From a virus (lineage: Duplodnaviria; Caudoviricetes), in IMG/VR virus record IMGVR_UViG_3300005323_000013, positions 1 to 46,356 of that record: a stretch of DNA of 46,356 nucleotides. One strand, given 5' to 3'. A model generated the notes under the pieces. That model ran no database searches, had not been told where the DNA came from, and was given only the letters and a program-made list of their open reading frames with translations. Position numbers and translations under genes: made by a program. This document shows, in pieces, positions 19,145 through 27,606 of this stretch. Position 1 is the stretch's first letter. The number at the start of each line of letters is the position of its first letter.

Positions 19145-19173
19145 AGTATAATGTCACGCGGCTAGAAATACAA
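19145..19173 (-). promoter_or_regulatory. Sigma70-type promoter TTGTAT-17-TATACT
   Basis: Near-consensus boxes with 17-bp spacing, intergenic. Confidence 0.7.
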
Positions 19174-19206
19174 GAGCGTAACGCGTGTTCCCTGTCGGAA
19201 CGCTAT

Positions 19207-19539
19207 TTAACCTAGGGGATGTATGGTTATAATGGGGATTTCCCCTTCTGGCTCGCCAGCAAATTCACGATAACAAAGATTAGAAACCCCTATTTTAGGA
19301 CGGCCACCATTTTCTATCGCCTTCTTAATTGCCGCTTCAATAGCTCTTGCAATTTCCTCGGTGTTATCAGGCACTACAATAGGGACAAGGAGTGAAAGAG
19401 CAGTATTATATTTTTTTATTTCATTGCTATTGTCGCAGAAGTACATATTTGGTTCATCTGTTATTGCATATTCTTTAGCGTTTTCCAACGCCTCACATAT
19501 CTGTGTTCCCTGCTCTTCGGTAAAAAAATAAACCTTCAT
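19207..19539 (-). CDS. Hypothetical protein, paralogous N-terminus to 25005..25538
   Basis: ATG 19539 with GGAGG; MKVY..TE....QI.EAL...LLVP..VP...EE pattern shared with the other gene. Confidence 0.7.
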   Translation of the reverse strand: MKVYFFTEEQGTQICEALENAKEYAITDEPNMYFCDNSNEIKKYNTALSLLVPIVVPDNTEEIARAIEAAIKKAIENGGRPKIGVSNLCYREFAGEPEGEIPIITIHPLG

Positions 19540-19763
19540 TCCGTCGCCTCCTTGATGAGCGCATCGAGGTGCACGGTGTTGTTTTTGTCCCATTCTTGCG
19601 TACTGTCGCGCATGGTTTCGGCATACGCCTCCAACCACGGCAACGCCCGCTGAATCCATGCGGCTTGTTCAGCGATAGCCCTTTCCGCTTCCTTGAGCTG
19701 GTCAACCAATGGTGTACCACCACGCCATGTCCCGCCTGCCTCAATCGCGTGTTTTATGCTCAT
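19536..19763 (-). CDS. Hypothetical protein
   Basis: ATGA overlaps on both sides; GGAG RBS. Confidence 0.7.
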   Translation of the reverse strand: MSIKHAIEAGGTWRGGTPLVDQLKEAERAIAEQAAWIQRALPWLEAYAETMRDSTQEWDKNNTVHLDALIKEATE

Positions 19764-20062
19764 AGATAGTCTCCTTTTTTGCGCATCTGCCTGACAAGTT
19801 GCTGAAACCTAATACCGTTTTCCTTTTGTTCTGTCCACTGATATTGCGATTCATACCATTTGTCCGCATCCATGTGCAAAAGCATAGTGCGTTCAAATGG
19901 CGTAGTTTTCAGGTCAATGCCGTGGATTGCCTGCAAATGTTCCCTGAATTCTGCCAGTACATCGAATTCCGGCAGTTCCGCGCATGACTGGCAAATACAG
20001 ATATTACATGGCTTTGTTTTGCCAATGCCGCCCCGCTTTTTCTTTTGTTCAACCTCGCTCAT
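19760..20062 (-). CDS. Hypothetical protein with CxxC...HxxxxH zinc-finger-like motif
   Basis: CQSC...EHLQAIH; translationally coupled to neighbours. Confidence 0.65.
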   Translation of the reverse strand: MSEVEQKKKRGGIGKTKPCNICICQSCAELPEFDVLAEFREHLQAIHGIDLKTTPFERTMLLHMDADKWYESQYQWTEQKENGIRFQQLVRQMRKKGDYL

Positions 20063-20400
20063 CCCCTTGCTCCTTCGCGCACCTGGCGCGTGTCGAAAAG
20101 TCTGCGTATCTCTTGCATTGTCGCGGCCACTTCATCGGGCGTCGCGTCTGGCCGTGCGTCCGTGATCTGCGGAACATCGTACTTCGTGCTGTCTAGCGCC
20201 TCGCGTCGCACCTCCTCGAAGATCGCAATATCTGGCGCGTGGCCCCATTTCGCAGAGTAGCGTTTAAGCAGCGTCGCCTTGAGCGCGTCGCGGTAGGCTG
20301 GCGACAGGTTGCACAGGTAGTCCCCTATGTCGCGCTTCTGGCCTTCGGGGTAGGGGCCGTAGTAGCCCTGCGCCCATGCGACGAACTCTTTGGCCGTCAT
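20059..20400 (-). CDS. Replication accessory protein, possible helicase loader or inhibitor
   Basis: ATG 20400 overlaps the initiator stop; KWGHAPDIA resembles the P..A.I motif seen in genes following lambdoid initiators. Confidence 0.5.
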   Translation of the reverse strand: MTAKEFVAWAQGYYGPYPEGQKRDIGDYLCNLSPAYRDALKATLLKRYSAKWGHAPDIAIFEEVRREALDSTKYDVPQITDARPDATPDEVAATMQEIRRLFDTRQVREGARG

Positions 20401-21221
20401 GCCGTCACCGCCTCGCGCTCCATCTGCTCGATCCACGCGGTATCCTTCGCCGCAAGCGTGCGCCGCGCCTCCTCTAGCACGCCGTCCCATACGCCGCTGG
20501 AGGAGAGTCGGGAAGGTGTAAACGGCATCCTTGACCAGTAGATGTCATTCTTCCGGCGCAGAGTGAAGAACGTTTTTATCATCGCCTCGATCGCTACCTT
20601 GTCGCCCTTCGTCAGTTTGATGATGCGCTTTATCGCTTGCCCCTCCTTCGCGTAGTTGGAGAAATCGCCGTGCACTTTTTCAAACGCGGCCTTGATGCTG
20701 TCGTACAGCGGGTCTTTTTCAGGGACTGCGACGGCAAACGGTTCGATTGTGGCCGCTTGCGGCGTATCTTTAGAATCAGTTTCAGACTTAGATTCAGAAT
20801 CAGAATCAATATCAGAATAGTTCGGAGGGTATGTATATCCTTTGATATGGTATCTATATCCTATCGATACCATATAGGTAACCATATCATCTGGTAGAGT
20901 CTTTATGATGGCATCTATACCCTCTTTTATCTTTGATCTTGTATCTGCTTTTTGGTGCTGGGGCCATGAAGGTAATACGATGTATTCATCGTGCAGATAT
21001 GCTTTCCCTACCTTCTCGAACTTGCCTAAAATATGCCCTACCGTATCGGCGTTGAATCCAGTATCAAAGCACATCCGGCGCACGGTAATTTTGTAGACTC
21101 CAGCAATATTGGTGAGTGGATTCGTCATCAAGTAGAGGTAAAGCAGTTTTTCCGATGGATCGAGCGTTTGAATCCACTCATCATCCCAAAAACTCGTGGA
21201 AATATACCGCTGTGTTGCCAT
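20397..21221 (-). CDS. Phage replication initiator (replisome organizer)
   Basis: R.ISTSFWDD....L...EKLLYLYLMTNP.TN.AG.Y wHTH N-terminus; low-complexity DSDSES linker; separate C-terminal domain. Confidence 0.82.
   Translation of the reverse strand: MATQRYISTSFWDDEWIQTLDPSEKLLYLYLMTNPLTNIAGVYKITVRRMCFDTGFNADTVGHILGKFEKVGKAYLHDEYIVLPSWPQHQKADTRSKIKEGIDAIIKTLPDDMVTYMVSIGYRYHIKGYTYPPNYSDIDSDSESKSETDSKDTPQAATIEPFAVAVPEKDPLYDSIKAAFEKVHGDFSNYAKEGQAIKRIIKLTKGDKVAIEAMIKTFFTLRRKNDIYWSRMPFTPSRLSSSGVWDGVLEEARRTLAAKDTAWIEQMEREAVTA
20771..20900. repeat. Iteron-like TCAGAA/AGAATC repeats plus AT-rich tract; putative replication origin
   Basis: tagaatcag...gattcagaatcagaatcaatatcagaatag inside the initiator gene, next to an AT-rich stretch. 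Confidence 0.45.
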
Positions 21222-21745
21222 TAGTTGGCCTCCTGCATCTCGCGCTTTAATACTCTTCTTTGATCGTTTAATGCTCGATGAAGTTCCATATGGTGCTTTT
21301 TACAAAGCCATCTTATTTCAAGGGGTTTTGCATAATCGTCGTGATGGGCTTCTATTTTTCTTGTAGTTCCGCAAACTTCACATGGCTTTTTAACAATATT
21401 CTTATTGCGTATTTTTGCATAAACCATCATATGGGCCTGGCGTCTGTCTGGATGTTGCTGTATGTAGTTATCGCTTCGCTTCTTTTCCATTTCTTTGTAT
21501 TTTTGTGGATATTCTGTCTTTAATTTTTCAGCATAAGCAATGTTTTTTTGAATATGTTCGGCTGTCCTTCCGCGCTGTCTGTCGTATTCTCTTATTTTTT
21601 CTATATTTTCTTGTCTGTATAGCTGAATTCTGTTTTTAACGCAGTTTTTACAAAAATTCAAATGCCTATCTGCCATTTTTTTATGAGTGTAAAACTCACT
21701 AATAGGCAACAACATTCCACATCGCCTGCATTTTTTATTAACCAT
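21221..21745 (-). CDS. HNH-type endonuclease with N-terminal zinc finger
   Basis: CRRC...FY...CKNC and PCEVCG...EAHHDDY.KPLEIRWLCKKHH; ATG 21745; markedly AT-rich. Confidence 0.8.
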   Translation of the reverse strand: MVNKKCRRCGMLLPISEFYTHKKMADRHLNFCKNCVKNRIQLYRQENIEKIREYDRQRGRTAEHIQKNIAYAEKLKTEYPQKYKEMEKKRSDNYIQQHPDRRQAHMMVYAKIRNKNIVKKPCEVCGTTRKIEAHHDDYAKPLEIRWLCKKHHMELHRALNDQRRVLKREMQEAN

Positions 21746-21779
21746 ACCAATCTCCCGCCATTGTCGTCCCGACAAAAGC

Positions 21780-21856
21780 AAAAAAAGAGCGCCCCTTGTG
21801 GCAAGGACGGTTAATCCTTTTTTTGCAGGGGTAAGCCCGCGCCACAATGAACGCTC
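21780..21856 (-). terminator. Long hairpin plus U7 tract (terminator/attenuator)
   Basis: GAGCGTTCATTGTGGC (21856-21841) pairs with GCCACAAGGGGCGCTC (21802-21787), followed by T7. Confidence 0.65.
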
Positions 21857-21924
21857 AAAAAAACACATTCGCCCACTCTTACCAGTGGGGAGCCGAGGGG
21901 TAACCAGCCCTTTCGACAGGTAAG

Positions 21925-21953
21925 AGTATAGCGAAATTTTAACAATACTACAA
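21925..21953 (-). promoter_or_regulatory. Sigma70-type promoter TTGTAG-17-TATACT
   Basis: Intergenic between ssb and the HNH gene, 17-bp spacing. Confidence 0.65.
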
Positions 21954-21974
21954 GTAGTTATGTTCATTTTGATA

Positions 21975-22361
21975 TTAAAATGGGATATCTTGGTCGAACG
22001 TTTCGCCAGTTTGCGCGACTTGCGGGGCGTGTTCCGCCTTGCCACCAAGCAGCCGCACGTTGCTGGCATTGACGATAACCTTGCTTCGCGCCTGCCCGTC
22101 CTGTTCCCACCGATCCTGGCGCAGTTCGCCTTCCACGCCGACTTGCTGGCCTTTCGTGAGGTAGCGATTCACGGCCTCCGCACCCTTGCCGAAAAATGCC
22201 ACGTCGAAAAAGCTGGCCTCGTCCTTCCACTCGTTGCCGGATTTTACCGAGCGATTTACTGCGATAGAAAACGCCGCAATAGCCATGCCGCCCGCCGTGT
22301 ATTTCAGCACCGAATCCCGCGTAAGCCGTCCTACCAATACCACGCTGTTAATGTCCCTCAT
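21975..22361 (-). CDS. ssb: Single-stranded DNA-binding protein
   Basis: INSVVLVGRLTRD, KGQQVGVEGELRQDRW and C-terminal DIPF tail. Confidence 0.96.
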   Translation of the reverse strand: MRDINSVVLVGRLTRDSVLKYTAGGMAIAAFSIAVNRSVKSGNEWKDEASFFDVAFFGKGAEAVNRYLTKGQQVGVEGELRQDRWEQDGQARSKVIVNASNVRLLGGKAEHAPQVAQTGETFDQDIPF

Positions 22362-23053
22362 GCCGCCTTCTCCTTTTTGATTCCGAGCAACCCGCGCACC
22401 TTGTCCTGTGCGAGTATGGCCGCCTGCATCGTCGCGTGCAGTCCGCAGTAGATTTGCCGCTTGCCCGCCGCGCCGTAAATCGATGCCTTGAACTTGTTAC
22501 CGTGCCGACTGATGCCGACAGGAAGATCCCTGATGCGGTGCTGCCCCTTGTAGTGCGCCGCCTTCCACTTCCGGGAGCGTTCGGCGCGTGCTTTGGCCTT
22601 CGCCGCCTCGTTCGCCTTGCGTCCCGCGTGGAGCTTGTCCAGGAGCGCGGCACATTCTGCGGGGTCGTAATACAACACATGGCCGCTTCGCCATGCGGGG
22701 GTGGGCAAGTATACGCCGTATTCCTTGCGAGCCTTGGCGCGGGATATCAACGCTGAGGCGGGGCCGTGCCGGGAAACTGCGTCGGCGAGCAGTTCGGGGG
22801 GATAACAGTAGGCCGTGTGCTTTAGCGCGGCGCTATGGGCACATTCGCGCACCATCGCACCTTCGACGCCGTGCGCTCTCGCCCATGCGGACGCGGATAC
22901 TTCGCCCGGCTTGTGTGCGGGGCTGGAATAGTGGCATCCATCGGCGGCGGTAAACGCGGTATGGCCGTCCGGCGTACCCGCGTACAGCGACAGGCGCATC
23001 CAGATCGGCAACGCGCTCCGCGTGTCGGTAGGGTGATAGCACTTGTCAGCCAT
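22358..23053 (-). CDS. DNA-binding protein with C-terminal AP2-like domain
   Basis: LPVGISRHGNKFKASI...QIYCGLHAT..AA..A.D resembles AP2/HNH-associated domains; start uncertain (23053 or 23068). Confidence 0.55.
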   Translation of the reverse strand: MADKCYHPTDTRSALPIWMRLSLYAGTPDGHTAFTAADGCHYSSPAHKPGEVSASAWARAHGVEGAMVRECAHSAALKHTAYCYPPELLADAVSRHGPASALISRAKARKEYGVYLPTPAWRSGHVLYYDPAECAALLDKLHAGRKANEAAKAKARAERSRKWKAAHYKGQHRIRDLPVGISRHGNKFKASIYGAAGKRQIYCGLHATMQAAILAQDKVRGLLGIKKEKAA

Positions 23054-23675
23054 TTGCAGTACCCGCATCGCGGTCGTCTACAGGGTTGTAGACGCTTTTT
23101 TCTGTCACTTCGCGTGCGTCGGCGCACGCCTTGCACCATCGAGCATGGGCTGCGGTATAGGGAAAACTATCAAGGCCATTCCCCGCAATCTTGAGCGCGA
23201 GGATCACCTCTTCCAGTTTCTTGATGCGGGCCTCGGCGGCTTTCATTCCAGTGCATTCAGGGCAAGCGTCGTGCATGGCTTTACGCTTGTATTCTGCAAG
23301 CTCTTTCCTTGCATCTTGCATGGCTTCCATGTGTTCGGCAGCGTGTTCGCTTTCATCCCCTGCCTCTTGTAGCGCGGCATCCCGTTCCTGATCTGCCGTG
23401 GCGAGGGCGCGGAGAACATTAAAACACGCATCAGCTAGGTTGTTTATGCTTTGCTTATCTTTCCCAAATATATGAGGGGCGTTGCAGTAAATACGAAGTA
23501 ATTTTTTATCTTCTTCAATCTGCGTCATGGGTGGCTTTTGATTATTCCATTTCTGGCATTGTTCAGCCGCAGTTCCATCGTCAATATCCCCAGCACAGTG
23601 TTGCTCGAAATTTATATCGTAATAGAGGCATTTTGTATTTTTGCATACCTCATTATCGGCCATTCGATACTTCAT
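23046..23675 (-). CDS. Hypothetical Cys-containing coiled-coil protein
   Basis: 209-aa ORF, GGAG RBS, ATGA overlap. Confidence 0.65.
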   Translation of the reverse strand: MKYRMADNEVCKNTKCLYYDINFEQHCAGDIDDGTAAEQCQKWNNQKPPMTQIEEDKKLLRIYCNAPHIFGKDKQSINNLADACFNVLRALATADQERDAALQEAGDESEHAAEHMEAMQDARKELAEYKRKAMHDACPECTGMKAAEARIKKLEEVILALKIAGNGLDSFPYTAAHARWCKACADAREVTEKSVYNPVDDRDAGTANG

Positions 23676-24157
23676 CCTGCTTCTCCTTGCCCGATCTGAA
23701 GCGGTTCAGGCAACGGCATCCAGTGGGTGGGGAACAGATCATTGTCCCAACCGAAGAATTGGTCTTGTTCTTTTCTGTACCACCCAATGCAAGGGCTTGT
23801 CTCTGAATCGCAAACCAATACCTGAACGCCATCTTCCGGCAACCGTTCCTTGACGCTGATCCACCGCTGTTTCTCAACCTGTTCGCGGAGGGCGAGGAGT
23901 TCGGGATTGATTGGCCTTGTATCTCTTTTGGGTATAGCGTCTGGGTATACGCGATATATTTCTTCGAGTATTTGCTCGGCCTGATTTTTTCCTATATCAC
24001 AACTATAAAGAGTCCTGCCGCCACCCCATGCTTTTGGGCCATGAATTCGGCTTCCAACTCCGCTGTCCTTTTGGCTATTTTCATAGCTAAAAAAATTAAA
24101 TGATGGTCCTTCAACACCGCCCACTATTTCTGCGCTAAGTATTGTAAATTCACTCAT
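23672..24157 (-). CDS. DUF551-domain protein
   Basis: C-terminal WISVKERLPE....VLV...THWMPLPEP signature. Confidence 0.85.
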   Translation of the reverse strand: MSEFTILSAEIVGGVEGPSFNFFSYENSQKDSGVGSRIHGPKAWGGGRTLYSCDIGKNQAEQILEEIYRVYPDAIPKRDTRPINPELLALREQVEKQRWISVKERLPEDGVQVLVCDSETSPCIGWYRKEQDQFFGWDNDLFPTHWMPLPEPLQIGQGEAG

Positions 24158-24564
24158 CTCATGGCCTCCAATGCGGCGAGGGCTTTGTGAATCTTTTTAG
24201 TTAGCTCGCCCTCTTCTTTTGTGGCCTTTTCACCCATGCCTTTTGAGATAAAAAACCCATACTTTGAAATGGCACTTAGTGCCTCTCGCGCCTGCTCGAT
24301 CAGCGCGTCACGAGGATCGGGTTGGCCTAGAATAATAGCCTTCACCTGTTCGGCGTAGGGTTCATCTTGATTGCAGACAATATACTTTTGATCCATTCTG
24401 AATCCGGTTAGTAACAGATAAGATTTTGCAAGATCACAAAGAGCCGTGTAGAACTTTTGTACAACCGGATCATCATGAAAATTTAAGTACCCATCAATAA
24501 ATGCAATTTCTTGAAATCGCTTTTTGTTGATCACAATAAACATGTCCTCGTTAAATTCTTTCAT
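24154..24564 (-). CDS. Hypothetical protein
   Basis: ATG 24564 with GGAG; KYIVCNQDEPYA motif. Confidence 0.7.
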   Translation of the reverse strand: MKEFNEDMFIVINKKRFQEIAFIDGYLNFHDDPVVQKFYTALCDLAKSYLLLTGFRMDQKYIVCNQDEPYAEQVKAIILGQPDPRDALIEQAREALSAISKYGFFISKGMGEKATKEEGELTKKIHKALAALEAMR

Positions 24565-24794
24565 TCTTGCTCTCCTTTCCCTGCGCCCTGCGTGATGGCG
24601 AGATATGCCGTACAACTATCAATAACTACACACTGACCATCACTTGGCTTAGCCAAACATATTGCACACATTCTATTGGCTGACTTCTGCGCTTCGTCGG
24701 CGCGGATGGAGACATCGCGGGAGGCAATGGCTTTAATAAGCTCGCCAACTTCCATAGACCATGCCATAATTGCGAATTCCCTTGTGCTTTCCAT
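24561..24794 (-). CDS. Hypothetical protein
   Basis: GGAGG RBS; coupled to the next gene. Confidence 0.65.
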   Translation of the reverse strand: MESTREFAIMAWSMEVGELIKAIASRDVSIRADEAQKSANRMCAICLAKPSDGQCVVIDSCTAYLAITQGAGKGEQE

Positions 24795-24795
24795 C

Positions 24796-25008
24796 TCAGT
24801 CCTCCTTGGCTTTTGTTTTACCTAAAATAAACCACTCGCCAACCAAAGCCGTTGAGGTCAGCCCATTGGCTCTATGCCCACAACAAATACACCAATCGGT
24901 TTTGTAAGGATTTTCAGGACTTGCTTCTGCTTTATTTACATATTGCAGACAATTTATACAAAAATGCCCGGATACAATTTCACCAACCTTATAGTCCCGC
25001 ATGCTCAT
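24796..25008 (-). CDS. Small zinc-ribbon protein
   Basis: CINC...CICC; ATG 25008 with GGAGG RBS. Confidence 0.65.
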   Translation of the reverse strand: MSMRDYKVGEIVSGHFCINCLQYVNKAEASPENPYKTDWCICCGHRANGLTSTALVGEWFILGKTKAKED

Positions 25009-25538
25009 CCTCCTATCTCGCGCCCGTACTTGGCGGCGACGGTGAAAATGTTCTGTAAATATTCTACGGGTTCCCCCATAGGCCATTGATATCCCAAAAG
25101 CTCATTTAGCATCGCCATCGGTATCTTCCGCGCCTCGTGGATCAGAGCGGCGGCCTCTTGACGTGCCTTGGGCTTTAGGTCTGGTTCTACATTAAAAATG
25201 CCTTCCAAAACGTTCCCCAACTCCTCATCGCTCTCCGGCACTCGACGCGCCTCGTGGATCAGGGCGGCGGCTTGGGAAATGGAAAGTGTAAAAAAGTAGT
25301 CATCACCATTTGGCCCGTAATCGTCAGGATCGTTAGACATGAACCCATAACCGCCATGGCGCAAAGTTTCCACCAGCTCCTCATCGCTCTGCGGCACTTC
25401 GGTCGGAACGAGGAGGGCAAGAAGTGCGCGGTTATGTGTACACGTAGTACACGGGCATGGCTTATCTCCAATTGTTGCCATTGGAAGTGCCTCTTTAATC
25501 TGCTCAACCTCGGCTTCGGTCAGGATGTAGACTTTCAT
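25005..25538 (-). CDS. Modular hypothetical protein with repeated VPxSDEEL / AAALIHEAR boxes
   Basis: ATG 25538 with GGAGG; nucleotide repeats at 25129-25154/25246-25271 and 25221-25242/25377-25398. Confidence 0.75.
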   Translation of the reverse strand: MKVYILTEAEVEQIKEALPMATIGDKPCPCTTCTHNRALLALLVPTEVPQSDEELVETLRHGGYGFMSNDPDDYGPNGDDYFFTLSISQAAALIHEARRVPESDEELGNVLEGIFNVEPDLKPKARQEAAALIHEARKIPMAMLNELLGYQWPMGEPVEYLQNIFTVAAKYGREIGG

Positions 25539-25705
25539 TTGCCCCTCCCCATGTAGACAACCCACAGCGCGACGTACAGCACCTTCGCCAGGATCAGCAC
25601 CACCGGCGCACCAATGGCGATTGCAATGCCAACCGCGAGCGTGTCGCGGTGATCGTAGTACCACTTCCGGGCGACTGCGGCCCGCCATTCCATGCGACTG
25701 GTCAT
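25535..25705 (-). CDS. Small membrane protein (56 aa)
   Basis: Manual translation MTSRMEWR...LAVGIAIAIGAPVVLILAKVLYVALWVVY; AGGAGG RBS; ATGA overlaps on both sides. Confidence 0.7.
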   Translation of the reverse strand: MTSRMEWRAAVARKWYYDHRDTLAVGIAIAIGAPVVLILAKVLYVALWVVYMGRGK

Positions 25706-26004
25706 GATTCCTCCTGTAGCGCCGTGCGGATCTGTGCGACAAGCGCGGCGATAAGTACCGGATGATTGCGGATATCAGCCTTGCCGTTGCATTTCAGTGA
25801 GCAGGTGGCGGCAAGGTTCATCGGGTGGTTTATAACGCGCTTGCCGTATCGGGCGAGGTTGCGCGTGTTCTTCGGGATGCGGTGCGCGAGCTGTGGATGC
25901 GCGACAAGGGTCAGCGGCGCTCCGCATATTTCGCACCGATATCCTGCGCGGGCGTACACGATCTCCCGCGTGTCGTCCATGGTGGACAGGTCGCGGTCAG
26001 TCAT
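25702..26004 (-). CDS. HNH endonuclease-like protein
   Basis: RAGYRCEICG...QLAHRIP...HPMNL..TCS..CN; ATG 26004. Confidence 0.75.
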   Translation of the reverse strand: MTDRDLSTMDDTREIVYARAGYRCEICGAPLTLVAHPQLAHRIPKNTRNLARYGKRVINHPMNLAATCSLKCNGKADIRNHPVLIAALVAQIRTALQEES

Positions 26005-26398
26005 ATTCGACCAGGGAAATGCCTTCCTCGGCGGCGAGCAGGTGTACTGCGTCAATGAGCAACGCGCATTCGACCGTTGACGCATCGGCCTCTGACTGCG
26101 GGATGGTGATTCCGCGATAGCTTTTAAATGGGTAGCCCATGGACACGGCTCGCATCTTTGCCACTTCCTTGATTGCCTGAAAGTCGTTGCCGGTTTCCAT
26201 GGCGATAGTCTGGATGTGGCCGTTGAAGTGGTGCGATTGGCTACGCTCGCCGGTTGTCCTTGCCTTGCGGACGGGCATGACGCGGATCGTTGCCGTATCG
26301 TATCGCTCGGCAAACGCCGCAAGCAGTCCGCGCACCTCGAAAGGCGCGTCAACAGTGAACGGCGTTGTAGACCGAATGGCTCCGCGAAACTCGATCAT
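25997..26398 (-). CDS. NinB/Orf-like recombination accessory protein
   Basis: RT....Q...F.G....IA and S.A....EC..LID motifs; follows ERF. Confidence 0.55.
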   Translation of the reverse strand: MIEFRGAIRSTTPFTVDAPFEVRGLLAAFAERYDTATIRVMPVRKARTTGERSQSHHFNGHIQTIAMETGNDFQAIKEVAKMRAVSMGYPFKSYRGITIPQSEADASTVECALLIDAVHLLAAEEGISLVEYD

Positions 26399-27108
26399 GC
26401 GGGAACTCCGTCAAACGCCCGCGAAATCTGCGCCTCGGTGTCAGCATCCATGGCGGGCTGTGTCATGCGCTGGCGATTGGTAAGCTCAGCAAGCACTCCC
26501 GCCCAGTCCACGCCGATCCAGTGGTTCTTTCCGTCCACGGCCTGTTGCTTCCCGCAGTGCGCCATGAGGATCGCCGCCGATGTTGCCTTGTCCAGGCCGA
26601 GCGCCTTTACGATATCGCCGCACCTCTGTTTCATGCCGTCCTCCAGTGTCTTACCGATTGGGGCTTGCGGGGATAAGGCGGGCTTGGTCGATGGCTTGGT
26701 CGGTTCCCTAGCCGTTGTTTTTCCGCTTGCGCTGTTTCCATCGTCATCATCCTGGGCGAGGCCAAGAAAGGCGGCAAGAGAATAACGGCGGGCATAGGTT
26801 ATTGCGCTTCCCATGCCTTGCGGGTCGGCCTTGACAGCCGTGAGGGAAATTGTCCCCTCGAGCCATTGGCCTGATGTGTGCATGATGCGAGTAGTCACCT
26901 TTGCCGCGCTCCCTTCGCCTTCCGGTGACTGGATAACAAATAGCCCGTGCGCTGAAAGGGTAGGCCGTACCGTGTTGATAATCTCGTCAAGGTCGGCATA
27001 CTTCGATTTGAAGAAGGGATTATCGGCGGTTTTTTTGGGGTTGCTCACTTCGCTTTGAAAAGCGGCAAGAGCCGGAGCAATCTTGTCCAGATCATTCGAT
27101 GATGTCAT
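26395..27108 (-). CDS. erf: ERF-family single-strand annealing recombinase
   Basis: NPFFKSKYADL, H.SGQW, QGMGSAITYARRYSL....G....DDDG. Confidence 0.93.
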   Translation of the reverse strand: MTSSNDLDKIAPALAAFQSEVSNPKKTADNPFFKSKYADLDEIINTVRPTLSAHGLFVIQSPEGEGSAAKVTTRIMHTSGQWLEGTISLTAVKADPQGMGSAITYARRYSLAAFLGLAQDDDDGNSASGKTTAREPTKPSTKPALSPQAPIGKTLEDGMKQRCGDIVKALGLDKATSAAILMAHCGKQQAVDGKNHWIGVDWAGVLAELTNRQRMTQPAMDADTEAQISRAFDGVPA

Positions 27109-27114
27109 ATCGCC

Positions 27115-27606
27115 CTACCTTATAAGCAGGGATTCGCCCTGCTGTAACTCTGCGCCTGGGACAACCTGCCCCGCCTTGATCGCGTCCTTGATCGCTGAAA
27201 GGGAAAGTTTTGGCTCTTGCGGGATGAAAAATATCTGAGGGATGACGTTCTGATCGACTATCTTGACGGCGGGTGGATTGAGTTTGAACTTTGCTTCAAA
27301 GATCCCCGCCTTGACGCTGGTCATGCTCATGCGCTTCATGGAGTCGGAAAGATAGCGGCGCAACCATTCTCCCTTGTTCTCCACGGCGCGGCGGCGGTCG
27401 GCCAGGTGTTTTTCCTCGGCGCGGATCGCTTCGGCGCTTGACTCAAGGTTGCGAACGTAGCGGATGATGTTCTCCGCTTTCACGTCAAACGCTTCCCCTA
27501 TTTCATCGAGCGCCGCCTGTCGTGCGGCCATCATGTCGGGATCGTCGCCCTCAATCTCCATGACTTCGCGGTAACGTTCCGCGATATCGTACAGTGCTTC
27601 GCTCAT
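27115..27606 (-). CDS. Siphovirus Gp157-family protein
   Basis: LYDI...Y, KAENI..Y..N, coiled coil, NPPAV.I.D...IP, IK.G..VPGAEL. Confidence 0.88.
   Translation of the reverse strand: MSEALYDIAERYREVMEIEGDDPDMMAARQAALDEIGEAFDVKAENIIRYVRNLESSAEAIRAEEKHLADRRRAVENKGEWLRRYLSDSMKRMSMTSVKAGIFEAKFKLNPPAVKIVDQNVIPQIFFIPQEPKLSLSAIKDAIKAGQVVPGAELQQGESLLIR

Noticed and set aside
21746-22069. N-terminal extensions in the ORF track for the HNH gene (also helicase to 34523 and sigma-like gene to 19135)
   Set aside because: The extensions run through promoter and terminator elements; downstream starts have proper RBSs.
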